Source: an uncultured Thermoanaerobaculia bacterium (GTDB lineage Bacteria > Acidobacteriota > Thermoanaerobaculia > Multivoradales > JAGPDF01). Taken from it: a DNA stretch of 64,000 nucleotides. The translations under genes and the position numbers were made by a program. Positions 28,096-41,261 of this stretch are shown one piece after another; positions within the stretch are counted from its first letter, which is position 1; every line of letters starts with the position of its first letter. Under the pieces are notes generated by a model, which worked only from the letters and a program-made list of their open reading frames with translations, did not search any database and was not told the DNA's origin. The stretch spans positions 362 to 64,361 of the forward strand of contig CAZQTL010000002.1 of assembly GCA_964595975.1 (NCBI GenBank), read 5' to 3'.

Positions 28096-29394
28096 TCAAC
28101 GCTTGTTGTAGGTCGAATAGCCGGCGACGACCGCGCGGCGAAGATCGGCGGCGGTGCTCTCGAAGGCGACGAGCAGGACCGTCCGGTTGCCCACCTGACG
28201 CAACACCGGATCGTTCGGAAAGCGGCAGTCGCCCGCCGGACAGCCGCGCCCGGGCAGACAGTCGGCCGCGACGCCGGCGCTCTGCGCCTCGTAGCGGAAG
28301 CCGGTAAACCGCGCCCCCGCGGGAAGCTCGACGGCGATGACCCGGCAGCCGGCCCCGGACGCCGCGAGCTCGGCGGAGAGCTGGGCGACGGCGTCGAGCT
28401 CGACGCTCTTCAAGCGCGCCGCGAGATCCGCCGGACACCCGGCCGCTGCCCCTCCGGCGATGGCGACCTCACCCCACGCAGCACTCTCTCCCGGCGGGCA
28501 CTCGACGCACAGCCGCGCCCGCGCCGGCGCCGCCGGCGCCGCCGGGGTCGACGGCGCCACCGCGACCGGTGCAGTGACCGGAGCCGGCGGCACGGCTGCA
28601 GGCGCAGGAGGAGCTACGGCAGGCGAGGGCGCCGCGGGCGCAACGGCAGCTGGCGAAGGGGCGGGCGGCACGGAGGCCGGCTTCGCCGGTACCGCCGGTG
28701 CCTGCACCACCGCCGGCGCAGGGGCCGCTGAAGGAGTCGGAGTCAGCGGCTCTGCCGGAGCCTTTTCTCCTGCCGCAACGGGCATCGGCGCGGGCGCGGG
28801 AGCCACCGCCGGAACCGGAGGCAGCTCCCTGACGGGCGGCTTGGCCGCCACCGGAGCCGGCAGCGGTGCAGGTGCAGGTGCAGGTGCCACCGGCGCGGCA
28901 GGAGGCACGGCCTTCACCGGGCCTCTCTCTGTCGGCGCAGCGGCCACCGGCGCCGGAGCTGGCGCTGCGGGCGCTTCCACCGGCGCAGCCGGCGCGGGGG
29001 CACCGCCGCGTCCGCGCGAGAACTTGACCTTCATCGTCGACACGGCGCCCGGAGCCATGACGTGCGAGGCCGACTGCACGACCGGCTTGCCGTCGGCGGA
29101 GAGAGCCAGCTCGGCGCGGTAGCTCATGTGGCCGGAGTGGCGGATCTCTGCGCTCCAGCGGCCGGCGGCGAGGCCGCCGATGTTCGCCTTGCCGGAGGCG
29201 TCCGTGAGCACCGACGGCAGGCTGCCGCCGCCGTCCGGGGAGAGATAGACCAGCAGGACTTCGGCACCGGCGAGGTTCTTGCCCTTGGCGTCCTCGACCT
29301 GCACCTCGATCGCCGCCGGTCCACGCCACTCCTGCGCGCCGGCCGCGGCCGGCAGCAGCAGAGCCGCCAGGAACAAAGCTGACTTGCGCATCAT
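28096..29394 (-). CDS. secreted protein: carboxypeptidase-regulatory-like beta domain, Pro/Ala-rich linker, Cys-rich C-terminal domain
   Basis: Signal peptide MMRKSALFLAALLLPAAAGAQ. N-terminal domain has a CarbopepD_reg / Big-like beta-sandwich pattern. About 160 aa of low-complexity P/A/V linker follows. The roughly 140-aa C-terminal domain has 9 Cys and is of unknown function. Confidence 0.5.
   Translation of the reverse strand: MMRKSALFLAALLLPAAAGAQEWRGPAAIEVQVEDAKGKNLAGAEVLLVYLSPDGGGSLPSVLTDASGKANIGGLAAGRWSAEIRHSGHMSYRAELALSADGKPVVQSASHVMAPGAVSTMKVKFSRGRGGAPAPAAPVEAPAAPAPAPVAAAPTERGPVKAVPPAAPVAPAPAPAPLPAPVAAKPPVRELPPVPAVAPAPAPMPVAAGEKAPAEPLTPTPSAAPAPAVVQAPAVPAKPASVPPAPSPAAVAPAAPSPAVAPPAPAAVPPAPVTAPVAVAPSTPAAPAAPARARLCVECPPGESAAWGEVAIAGGAAAGCPADLAARLKSVELDAVAQLSAELAASGAGCRVIAVELPAGARFTGFRYEAQSAGVAADCLPGRGCPAGDCRFPNDPVLRQVGNRTVLLVAFESTAADLRRAVVAGYSTYNKR
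28518..29004 (-). repeat. in-frame low-complexity Pro/Ala/Val-rich tandem-like coding repeat
   Basis: APAPAP / AAPAAP / PAPVAA iterations within the CDS 28096-29394. At the nucleotide level this appears as a GCn/CCn-rich quasi-repeat. Confidence 0.6.
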
Positions 29395-29434
29395 GTTCTC
29401 CGATCCTAACCCAGCCGCCGCGCCCCTGGTCCGA

Positions 29435-31293
<1,859 letters not shown>

Positions 31294-31297
<4 letters not shown>

Positions 31298-32175
31298 GCA
31301 CCCTCGATGGCGCGCAGGATCTGCGCGCCGGTCACGATCGAAAGTACGATGGATACGGCCGTCAGCAACAGGCAGACGAGCGCCCAGGCCATGTGAACGG
31401 TGCGTTCGGGTTTCAGCGGGTCGAGGGCACGGGCGACGGCGAAGCCGCCGAGGAAGCCGCCGGCGTGCGCCCAGTTGTCCACTCCCGGCATGATCGCGCC
31501 GAATAGGAACATCACGACGGCCCAGGTCCACACCTGCTGGTGCATGGCTCGCTGCCCGGTTCGTCGCCCGTAACAGACGAGCGCTCCCAGCAGGCCGAAG
31601 ATCGACGCCGAAGCGCCGACGGTGAACGGGGCGTGCGAGCCGAGGATCGGGATCGCCGGCAGGAAAGCGCTCGCAGTCGAGCTCATGCCGAAGCCGACGA
31701 TCGAGGCGGCCGTCCAGACCAGGATCATCCGGCCGGCGCCGTAGAGCTCGGCGACGGGGCCGGCGAGCTGCCTCACCCACATCATGTTGAAGAAGATGTG
31801 CAGCAGCCCGCCGTGCAACCAGGAAGCGCTGAGCAACGTCCAGACATGGCCGAGGCCGTACACCGGCAGGGCGCCGCTGGCGCCCAGCAGGAAGAGGGTG
31901 CGCGTGTCGGGAGCGAAGAGCTGCATCAGTCCGCCGCTCGGGCGCAACGCCCCCGGCGACATCAGCACGCTCACGATATAGAGGATCGAGCAGCCGCCGA
32001 TGAGCAGCTGAACGAAACCGAGGTCGGCGCCGAGGCGGCGCAGGAGCGGCGCGAACCCCCACAGAGAGGGATTGCGCGCGCCGCAATGGAAGCAGCGCTC
32101 GTCCTTGACGCCGACCAGTCGTCCGCACGAGGCGCAGACGACCGAGCCGCTGGTCTGCCGGGCGAAGAAGCTCAG
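31294..32175 (-). CDS. rhomboid-family intramembrane serine protease with N-terminal zinc ribbon
   Basis: Rhomboid catalytic Ser motif GASASIFG and His in AHAGGFLGG. In the same frame upstream of the tracked GTG (31974) lies a CxxC...CxxC zinc ribbon (VVCASCGRLVGVKDERCFHCGARNP). There is no ATG/GTG/TTG between the in-frame stop at 32206-32208 and 31974. The start is placed provisionally at CTG 32175. Confidence 0.6.
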
Positions 32176-32185
32176 GGCCGGCGGC

Positions 32186-32959
32186 TCAGGGCTTCTCGCT
32201 GTACGTCACGAGAGCCTGGGTTTCGCCATCCTGGGCGGCGGCGGTGATCGACAGCTGCCGCTTGCCTTCCTCGGCCGTGGCGGTGAGCGTTCCGCTCGGC
32301 GCGCCGTTGAAGGACATGCTGGCCTTCTGCACCTCGAAGCCGGCAGCCTTGAGCTGCGTCTCGAAGAAGGCCGTGACGGCATCCGGCGCGTCGGCGGTGC
32401 GCAGAGTGTAGGTGCCCGACTTCTCTCCCTTGGCCTCGATGTTCGCCAGTCCCTCGGTGCGACCACCGGGATAAGACGGAATCCACTCCGGCGTCTTGCC
32501 GCCACCGGCACCGAAGACCGCCGTGCCCTGATCGGTGACCACCTTCATCTGGCCGCCGTTCTCCCCTGTCGCGTCGATGTCGATGTTGGTCTTCTCGCCA
32601 TCCGCCGTGATCGAGAACTTGCCGGCCTTGATGTCCTCGAGGTTGAACGTCACCTCCTTGCCGGTCTTCTTCTCGCGCACCGTGATCGTGCCGGCGGCCG
32701 GATCGGAGGAGAGCACTTCGACCTCAGGATTCAGACGAAGGGCCATCGCTGCCGCCCGCACCGTGGCGGCATCAGGATTGGATTCCACCTCCTTGGCGAA
32801 ATCGGAGAGGCCCCCGATGGTCTTCTTCGCGAAGTAGCCGCCGACGACAACGCAGCTACCGACCAGCAGGAACAGCAGAACTCCGCAACCGAGGAGAACC
32901 TTGACGACGGTGGACATGCCCTTCTTCGGGGCCACTTCCGGAGTGAGAGGCTGGTTCAT
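32186..32959 (-). CDS. hypothetical membrane-anchored periplasmic protein
   Basis: 257 aa. N-terminal TM VVKVLLGCGVLLFLLVGSCVVVGGYF. Soluble Gly/Thr/Lys-rich beta-type domain. AAGGAG Shine-Dalgarno 8 nt upstream of the ATG. Confidence 0.45.
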   Translation of the reverse strand: MNQPLTPEVAPKKGMSTVVKVLLGCGVLLFLLVGSCVVVGGYFAKKTIGGLSDFAKEVESNPDAATVRAAAMALRLNPEVEVLSSDPAAGTITVREKKTGKEVTFNLEDIKAGKFSITADGEKTNIDIDATGENGGQMKVVTDQGTAVFGAGGGKTPEWIPSYPGGRTEGLANIEAKGEKSGTYTLRTADAPDAVTAFFETQLKAAGFEVQKASMSFNGAPSGTLTATAEEGKRQLSITAAAQDGETQALVTYSEKP

Positions 32960-33014
32960 TTCTTCGGCTCCTTGCCAGGATTTACAGATCGAAAAATCAG
33001 ATTAGCACGCCGGC
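32960..33014 (-). promoter_or_regulatory. AT-richer intergenic leader with consensus Shine-Dalgarno (AAGGAG) for the 32959 gene
   Basis: Minus-strand reading: ...TTTTTCGATCTGTAAATCCTGGCAAGGAGCCGAAGAAATG. It is the only clearly AT-enriched intergenic stretch in this part of the window. Confidence 0.35.
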
Positions 33015-33677
33015 CTACCCGCGCACGCCGTCGGCGAGCTCGTTGCGGTCGTCACTGCGGCGCGCGAGTCCGTGAGCGTCCAGCAGCTCGCCGGCCCGCC
33101 GCACCGCCTGCAGGAGACCGGCACCCGGCCCCGAAGTTCGCACCGTCGCGGCGGTTTCGCGCGCCAGCTGCTCCCAGGTCCCGGCGGGAACCACGGCATG
33201 GATGCCTTCGTCGGCGAGGATGGTCACCCGGCGCTCGAAAGCCGCGACGGCGACCAGGATGCCGGTGCGGTCGCGGGTGCCGAAGACCGAGTGCGCCAGG
33301 AACGCCTCCCGCGCGCGTTGTTCGAGGCGCCGGTCGAGGAGCGCCGGGCCGCAGAGCCAGCGCCGCAGCGGCGGAAAGAGGCGCGCCGCGAGGCCGCCGG
33401 CCAGGAGACCGCAGGCTACATAGAGCAGCATCCAGGTCGGGCGTGCGATCCACAGCGGCCGCAGCTGATCGAAGGCCGCAGCGGCCGCGGCCGTCGCGAG
33501 GGCGGCGAACGCCGCCCCCTTCCAGTAGGCGACCTGGTAGGCGTCGGCCTCCGCCAGGGCCAGCGCGACGATCTCCCCGCCCGTCCGGCTCTCGGCGTCG
33601 GCTACGGCGGCACGAATCGCCTCGGCTTCGGCGGCGGTGATACCGGGCGGCAGGTCGTTGCGCTGCGATGAGCTCAC
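33015..33677 (-). CDS. TPM-domain-like membrane protein
   Basis: 220 aa. Soluble N-terminal domain (..ESRTGGEIVALALAEADAYQVAYWKG..), then a TM segment and a C-terminal cytoplasmic region. The family assignment is tentative. Confidence 0.4.
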   Translation of the reverse strand: MSSSQRNDLPPGITAAEAEAIRAAVADAESRTGGEIVALALAEADAYQVAYWKGAAFAALATAAAAAAFDQLRPLWIARPTWMLLYVACGLLAGGLAARLFPPLRRWLCGPALLDRRLEQRAREAFLAHSVFGTRDRTGILVAVAAFERRVTILADEGIHAVVPAGTWEQLARETAATVRTSGPGAGLLQAVRRAGELLDAHGLARRSDDRNELADGVRG

Positions 33678-33712
33678 GGAACCGGGATTCTACCGCGCCT
33701 GGGGAATCCACG

Positions 33713-33742
33713 TTGACAGGCATCGGCGCGGATCCCTAGACT
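33713..33742 (+). promoter_or_regulatory. candidate sigma70-type promoter (TTGACA-N18-TAGACT) for the SGNH hydrolase gene
   Basis: TTGACA at 33713-33718, an 18-nt spacer, TAGACT at 33737-33742, about 30 nt upstream of the ATG at 33772. It lies in the divergent intergenic region. Confidence 0.35.
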
Positions 33743-33771
33743 TGTGCGCCCTCGACCGCGGGCACCCCCCC

Positions 33772-35418
33772 ATGCACCTGCGCCTGCTCTCCGCCTCCCT
33801 TCTCACCCTGGCCGTGGGCCTCCCCGCGTCGACGGCGGCGACCTCTCCGCCGATCACCTTCCTGGCCTTCGGCGACAGCGTCACCCAGGGCTACGGCGAC
33901 ACTTCGAATCCGGGAGGAGGCTACCCCCCTCGCCTGCAGCGCTGGCTGCGGCAGCGGGGCTACAACGCGGCGGTCGAGACCTACGGCGTCGGCGGCGAGA
34001 CGACCTCCGCCGGACTCTCGCGTCTGGACTCGGTGCTCGAAAACGGCGGCGACTACCTGCTGCTGATGGAAGGCACCAACGACATCTCGCAACGCGTCGG
34101 CATCGAGTCGATCCGCTTCAACCTCGACGAGATGGCGAGCCGCGCCGAGGCACTCGGAATGATCGCCGTCCATGCCACCGTGATCCCGCGGATTCCCACC
34201 GCGCCGGTCGATGCCGACAATTCGGCGACCTCGGCGCTCGCCCTGGCGATCCGCAACCTGGGCGAGGAGACCCACCGCGCCGTGGTCGACAATTTCACGC
34301 TCTTCGAGGGGCTGCCGGACGTCTTCGACAACTATTACTACTACACGACCGAGATCGTCGATCCAGTGGGCCACCCGAACACCGACGGCTACATCGAGAT
34401 CGGCGGTCTGTTCCTCGAGACCCTCCTGCCGCTGCTCGACACGCCGGCCATCGCCATCGTCCCGCCACCCAACCCGTTGACGGTGGGGGCGCTCTCCGCC
34501 TTCGGCATCGAGGGCAACGCCGTCGAGCAGTTCGTGCGCGTCGACTGGGACTTCGGCGACGGCGGCTATGCCACCACGCCGCCGCCGGCCGACCTCACGA
34601 CCTTCTACATCTACCTCCACCCCGGCACCTATACCGTCACCGTGCGCGGCTCGACAGCCGCCGGCGCCGTGGCGGAAGACTCGGCCGTCGTGGTCGTCGC
34701 CGGCACCGAGCCCGCGTGGGTGAGCGCGTCGGCCGAGATTCCCCTGCTCGTCGAGTCCGCCGACGGCCAGGTCGTCTCCGACCTCCGGCTGACGAATTCC
34801 GGCGGCGACTTCGGCGTCGTCGAAGCCGCCTTCGTCCCCGAGATCTCCTATGACGTCGCGCCGCCGGTGCGGCGCTTCGTCGTCGCACCGCAAGAGACGG
34901 CCGCGATCCCCGAGGTCCTCGCTACCGCCTTCGGCATCGGCGCCGGCCGCGGCGCGCTGAGGATCACGTTCTACGCCCTTCCCGGCGGCTCGCTGGACGA
35001 TCTGCAGGCGAACGCCCTCGTGCGCTCCGCCGGCGATCCCGCGGGAGCTCATGGCGCAACCGTGACCAGCGTGCAGTCGGACGCCTGGACGAGCGCCGGC
35101 AAGGAGATTCTCGCCATCCCGTTCGGTCCGGCGACCGTCCCGACCCTCGACATCGCCAATCTCGACGGGGCGCGAGGAACAGTGAGCTTCGACCTGGTCG
35201 ACGCCCTCGGGGGTTACATCGGTTCCGGCGTGCTCGAGCTCGGCGCGAATTCGGCGCGCCTGCGGGCGCTCTCCGACCTCTTCCGCGATCTCGTCCAGCG
35301 CCAGGCGCCCTTCAAGGCGACCTTTCGGCCCGCCGCCATCCGCTTCTCCGCCGCGGCACTGGTCACCGGCCCGGCCTCCGGGCAGGTGCGCGTCCTCACC
35401 GCGACGACGCAGCCCTGA
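33772..35418 (+). CDS. SGNH/GDSL-family hydrolase with PKD-like and beta-sandwich domains (secreted)
   Basis: Signal peptide. GDS(V) block FGDSVTQGYGD with the catalytic Ser. A PKD-type motif DWDFGDGG. Further Ig-like domains follow. Confidence 0.6.
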   Translation: MHLRLLSASLLTLAVGLPASTAATSPPITFLAFGDSVTQGYGDTSNPGGGYPPRLQRWLRQRGYNAAVETYGVGGETTSAGLSRLDSVLENGGDYLLLMEGTNDISQRVGIESIRFNLDEMASRAEALGMIAVHATVIPRIPTAPVDADNSATSALALAIRNLGEETHRAVVDNFTLFEGLPDVFDNYYYYTTEIVDPVGHPNTDGYIEIGGLFLETLLPLLDTPAIAIVPPPNPLTVGALSAFGIEGNAVEQFVRVDWDFGDGGYATTPPPADLTTFYIYLHPGTYTVTVRGSTAAGAVAEDSAVVVVAGTEPAWVSASAEIPLLVESADGQVVSDLRLTNSGGDFGVVEAAFVPEISYDVAPPVRRFVVAPQETAAIPEVLATAFGIGAGRGALRITFYALPGGSLDDLQANALVRSAGDPAGAHGATVTSVQSDAWTSAGKEILAIPFGPATVPTLDIANLDGARGTVSFDLVDALGGYIGSGVLELGANSARLRALSDLFRDLVQRQAPFKATFRPAAIRFSAAALVTGPASGQVRVLTATTQP

Positions 35419-35482
35419 AGCGCCCGCGCGCGGCGGCTGTCGCCCGCCGGACAGCGAAAAGAAGATGCTAAAGTTTCCGCGG

Positions 35483-35498
35483 CCATCCGGCCGGATGG
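35483..35498. promoter_or_regulatory. 16-nt perfect palindrome CCATCCGGCCGGATGG immediately upstream of speA
   Basis: Exact inverted repeat seen directly in the sequence. It abuts the tracked ATG (35499). A GGAGAAGG SD-like element and TTG (35529) follow. Confidence 0.35.
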
Positions 35499-37438
<1,940 letters not shown>

Positions 37439-37442
<4 letters not shown>

Positions 37443-38995
37443 ACGGACGGGGACAGGCCGGAGCCGCCGCGCACCGGGCGCGCGCCGCCGGCCTGCTCCT
37501 GCATCCGACGAGCCTCCCGGGGCGCTTCCCGATCGGCGACCTCGGTCCGCCGGCGCTGGCGATGCTCGACTGGATGGTGAGCGCCGGCTTCACCGTCTGG
37601 CAGGTTCTGCCGCTCGGTCCGACCGGCATGGGGGACTCGCCCTACAACGCGCTCTCCGCCTTTGCCGGAAACCCTCTCCTGATCTCGCCCGAGGCGCTGG
37701 TGCAGGACGGCCTGCTGGATCCCGAGATGCTCCGTCCCTGGGAGATCTCGGAAAGCCCGGCGGTCGACTTCGCGGCGGCCGCGACCTGCAAGGAGGCCCT
37801 GCTGCGACAGGCGTTCCTGCGCTTCGAGTCGGGGGAGTTCCGCGAGCTCGCCGGCGAGCTGCAACGCTTCGCGAGCCGCGAGCGCCGCGCCGCCTGGCTC
37901 GATGATTGGGCGCTCTATGCCAGTCTCAAACGCGAACACGGCGGGTCCGCCTGGCTCGACTGGGAACCGGACCTCCGGCGGCGCCGGCCCGAAGCGCTGG
38001 AAAGGCGGCGGGCCGCCCTCGCCGGCGAGATCCGCTTTGCCGTCTTCTGCCAGTTCCTCTTCTTCCGGCAATGGGCAGCGGTGCGCCGTGCGGCCGAGAG
38101 CCGTGGCATCCGCATTCTCGGCGACGTGCCGATCTATGTCGCCCCCGACAGCGCCGACACCTGGGCGAACTCCCGCCTCTTCGACCTCACTCCGGAGGGA
38201 CGCCCGCGCGCGGTGGCCGGCGTTCCGCCCGACTACTTCAGTGCCGACGGCCAGCGCTGGGGGAACCCGCTCTACCGCTGGGAGGTGCTGCGCGCCGAGG
38301 GATTCGGCTGGTGGATCGCCCGGCTGCGGGCGCAGCTCGAGATCGCGCACAGCCTGCGGCTCGATCACTTCCGCGGCTTCGTCGCCTACTGGCGAATCCC
38401 GCAGCGCGACACGACCGCCCGCCGCGGCAAGTGGGTCAAGGGACCCGGCGAAGCTCTCTTCCGGGCCCTCCGCGAGGGCCTGGGCGGCCTGCCGCTGCTC
38501 GCCGAGGATCTGGGCCAGATCGACGCCCGCGTGCACGACTTGCGGCGACGTCTCGATCTGCCCGGAATGAGAGTTCTGCAGTTCGGTTTCGGAGCCGTCG
38601 ACAGCGACCACAGTCCGCATCGCCACGAGCAGCGCTCCGCGGTCTATACCGGAACCCACGACAACGACACCTCTCGCGGCTGGTTCGCCACCGCCGGCGA
38701 CGACGAGCGCCGCCGCGCGCTCACCTATCTCGGGGCGACGCCCGAGACGATCGCGGCGGCGATGATCCGCGCCGCCTATTCTTCGGTCGCCGAGCTCGCC
38801 ATCCTGCCGCTGCAGGACGTGCTCGAACTGTCGAGCGCAGCGCGCATGAATACTCCCGGCAGAAGCGGCGGCAACTGGACCTGGCGGGTGCGACATACCG
38901 ACGTTCCGGCGGATCTGCCCGCCCGGATGCGCGACCTCGCGGCCGCCACGGCGCGACTCCCGCCCGCCCAGGGCGCGGCGAGCTCGGGCTCGTGA
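37439..38995 (+). CDS. malQ: 4-alpha-glucanotransferase (amylomaltase, GH77)
   Basis: N-terminal GLLLHPTSLPGRFPIGDLG. Catalytic-region motifs LRLDHFRGF and LLAEDLG. GTG start overlaps the speA stop (GTGA). Confidence 0.8.
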
Positions 38996-40164
38996 CGACC
39001 ACCCGGCAGCGCCTGCGCGCCGATCTCCTGGGCCTCTTCGGCTGGCGTCTGCTGCTCCTCCTGCTGCCGGCACTCTTCGCCGTGCTGCAGCTCGCGCCGT
39101 TCGCCGCCGCCAACTACGCCGCGAACTTCCACGGCGCCCTCGAAAAGGCGCCCGTCTTCGCCACCCGGTGGGCGACCTGGGACGCCCAGCACTACCTCTT
39201 CATCGCCGAGCACGGCTACATCGCCGGGCACGTGTCGAGCGCCTTCTGGCCCCTCTGGCCGCTCCTCATCGGCTTCGCCACGAGGGCCACGGGCGCTCCC
39301 GCCCTCGCGGCAGCGCTCGCCCTGGCGAATCTGCTGGCAATCGGCGCGGCGATCGGCCTCTGGCATCTCGTCCGCGCCCGCTGCGCCGAGGACGACCGGC
39401 GCACCGCGGACTGGACGGTGGCGTTCCTGCTCGCCTTCCCGTCCGCCTTCTTTCTCGCTCTGCCTTACTCCGAGGCGCTCTTCCTGGCGCTCGCGATCGC
39501 ACTCTTCCTGGCTCTCGACCGCCGCCGTTACGGCTGGGCGGCGCTCGCCGCCTGCGCGCTGCCGCTCGCGCGTCCGGTGGGCCTCTTCATCCTGTTGCCG
39601 CTCCTCGCTTTCGCGCGGCGCGAGATCCGCCGCCCGCCCGACGCGACCGGACGCGTCGCGCCGCGGGCCCTCCTGTCTCTCCTGCTGCTCGCGCCGGTCG
39701 CCGGCGCCACCGCCTACTTCGCGATTCATCTCCTGACCACCGGCGAAGCGCTCGGCGCGTTCGCCGTCCGCGGGCGCTTCGTCAGCGGCCAGTCCCTCGG
39801 CCAGCTCCTCGACCTCGCCGGCTTCCTGCGCGCCGCCGTCACGGTCGATGCCCTGCATTCGGTGACCGGGTCGCTCCTCGACCGCGTTCTCTTCCTGCTC
39901 GCGGTCGCCGCTCTCCCCTGGCTCTACCGCCGCGACCGGATCCTCTTCTGGTACGCCCTGCCGATGACCCTCGTTCCGGCGTTCTCGCTGCGCCTGATGG
40001 CCTTCAACCGCTTCGCGCTGGTCCTCTTCCCGGTCTTCTGGGCCGCCGCCTCGGCAGCGCTCGCGCCGGGCCGCGCGATCCTGCGCTGGAGCCTGCTCGC
40101 ACTCTCCGTGGGACTTCAGTTCTGGCTCTATTTCCGCCATTCGCTCAACCTCTGGGCCGGATGA
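38992..40164 (+). CDS. polytopic membrane glycosyl/mannosyltransferase-like protein (GT-C fold; PIG-V / DUF2029-like)
   Basis: 390 aa with about 9-10 TM helices. N-terminal motif WDAQHYLFIAEHGY resembles mannosyltransferase PIG-V-type loop motifs. GTG start overlaps the malQ stop. Confidence 0.4.
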   Translation: MTTTRQRLRADLLGLFGWRLLLLLLPALFAVLQLAPFAAANYAANFHGALEKAPVFATRWATWDAQHYLFIAEHGYIAGHVSSAFWPLWPLLIGFATRATGAPALAAALALANLLAIGAAIGLWHLVRARCAEDDRRTADWTVAFLLAFPSAFFLALPYSEALFLALAIALFLALDRRRYGWAALAACALPLARPVGLFILLPLLAFARREIRRPPDATGRVAPRALLSLLLLAPVAGATAYFAIHLLTTGEALGAFAVRGRFVSGQSLGQLLDLAGFLRAAVTVDALHSVTGSLLDRVLFLLAVAALPWLYRRDRILFWYALPMTLVPAFSLRLMAFNRFALVLFPVFWAAASAALAPGRAILRWSLLALSVGLQFWLYFRHSLNLWAG

Positions 40165-40197
40165 GGCCGCAGCGGCGCAAAGCATAGAATCTCCGGC

Positions 40198-41244
40198 GTG
40201 AGCCTCGCTCCGCGATTGCCCGTGGTCGACCGCCCGGTCTCCGACCGGCTGGGGCGCCCGCTGGGCGATCTCCGCATCTCGGTCACCGACCGCTGCAACT
40301 TCCGCTGCGCCTACTGCATGCCTCGGGAGGTCTACGGACCGGACCATCCGTTCCTCGCCCGCGCGGAGCTGCTGACGTTCGAGGAGATCGAGCGCCTGGC
40401 GCGAGTGTTCGTCGGCCTCGGCGTGCGCAAGTTGCGCCTCACCGGCGGCGAGCCCCTGCTGCGGCGCAACCTGTCCGAGCTCATCCGCCGCCTGGTGCCG
40501 CTGGGGGCACCGATCGCCCTGACGACCAACGGCTCGCTGCTGCGCCTGCAGGCGGCGGCGCTGCGCAGCGCCGGCCTCACCCGGCTCACGGTCAGCCTCG
40601 ATACGCTCGATCCGGCGACCTTTCGCCGCATGAACGACGCCGACTTCGGGCCCGACGACGTTCTCGCCGGTATCGCAGCCGCGGAAGCGGCCGGATTCTC
40701 CTCGCTCAAGGTCAACGCCGTCGTGCGCCGTGGCGTCAACGAAGACAGCGTCGCCGATCTCGTGCGGCGGTTCCGCGGCAGCGCGCACGTCCTGCGGTTC
40801 ATCGAGTACATGGACGTCGGCGAGTCGAATGGCTGGCAGCTGCAGGACGTCGTGCCGGCGGCCGAGATCCTGCAGCGGGTGGCCGCCGCCGCTCCCGACA
40901 CCACCATCGAGCCCGTTGCCCGCGAAGCGCGCGGCGAGGTGGCGACGCGGTACCGCTATCGCGACGGATCGGGAGAGATCGGCATCATCTCTTCGGTATC
41001 CCAGCCGTTCTGCGGCGACTGCGTCCGCGCCCGGCTGTCGGCCGACGGCAAGATCTTCACCTGCCTGTTCGCCGCCCGGGGCAGCGACATCAAATCGCCG
41101 CTGCGCTCCGGAGCGAGCGACGCGGAGCTCGCCGATGCGGTCGCGGCGATCTGGAAGGGGCGCTCCGACCGCTATTCGGAGCTGCGATCGCAGGCGACCG
41201 CCGGGCTTCCCCACCGGGTCGAGATGTCGTACATCGGAGGTTGA
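40198..41244 (+). CDS. moaA: GTP 3',8-cyclase MoaA (molybdenum cofactor biosynthesis, radical SAM)
   Basis: Radical-SAM CNFRCAYC (CxxxCxxC). GGEPLLR. C-terminal Cys cluster CGDCVRARLSADGKIFTC for the auxiliary 4Fe-4S. Confidence 0.85.
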   Translation: MSLAPRLPVVDRPVSDRLGRPLGDLRISVTDRCNFRCAYCMPREVYGPDHPFLARAELLTFEEIERLARVFVGLGVRKLRLTGGEPLLRRNLSELIRRLVPLGAPIALTTNGSLLRLQAAALRSAGLTRLTVSLDTLDPATFRRMNDADFGPDDVLAGIAAAEAAGFSSLKVNAVVRRGVNEDSVADLVRRFRGSAHVLRFIEYMDVGESNGWQLQDVVPAAEILQRVAAAAPDTTIEPVAREARGEVATRYRYRDGSGEIGIISSVSQPFCGDCVRARLSADGKIFTCLFAARGSDIKSPLRSGASDAELADAVAAIWKGRSDRYSELRSQATAGLPHRVEMSYIGG

Positions 41245-41261
41245 GCGCGGCGTTGCGAGGC

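Noticed and set aside
28518-29004. Possible CRISPR-like or intergenic tandem repeat
   Set aside because: The repetitiveness is in-frame coding low complexity (a Pro/Ala linker). No spacer-repeat periodicity, no cas genes, and no other direct-repeat arrays were seen in the window.
40165-40197. Molybdenum-cofactor riboswitch upstream of moaA
   Set aside because: The spacer is only about 33 nt, with a TAGAAT -10-like hexamer close to the GTG. That is far too short for the roughly 130-nt Moco riboswitch.
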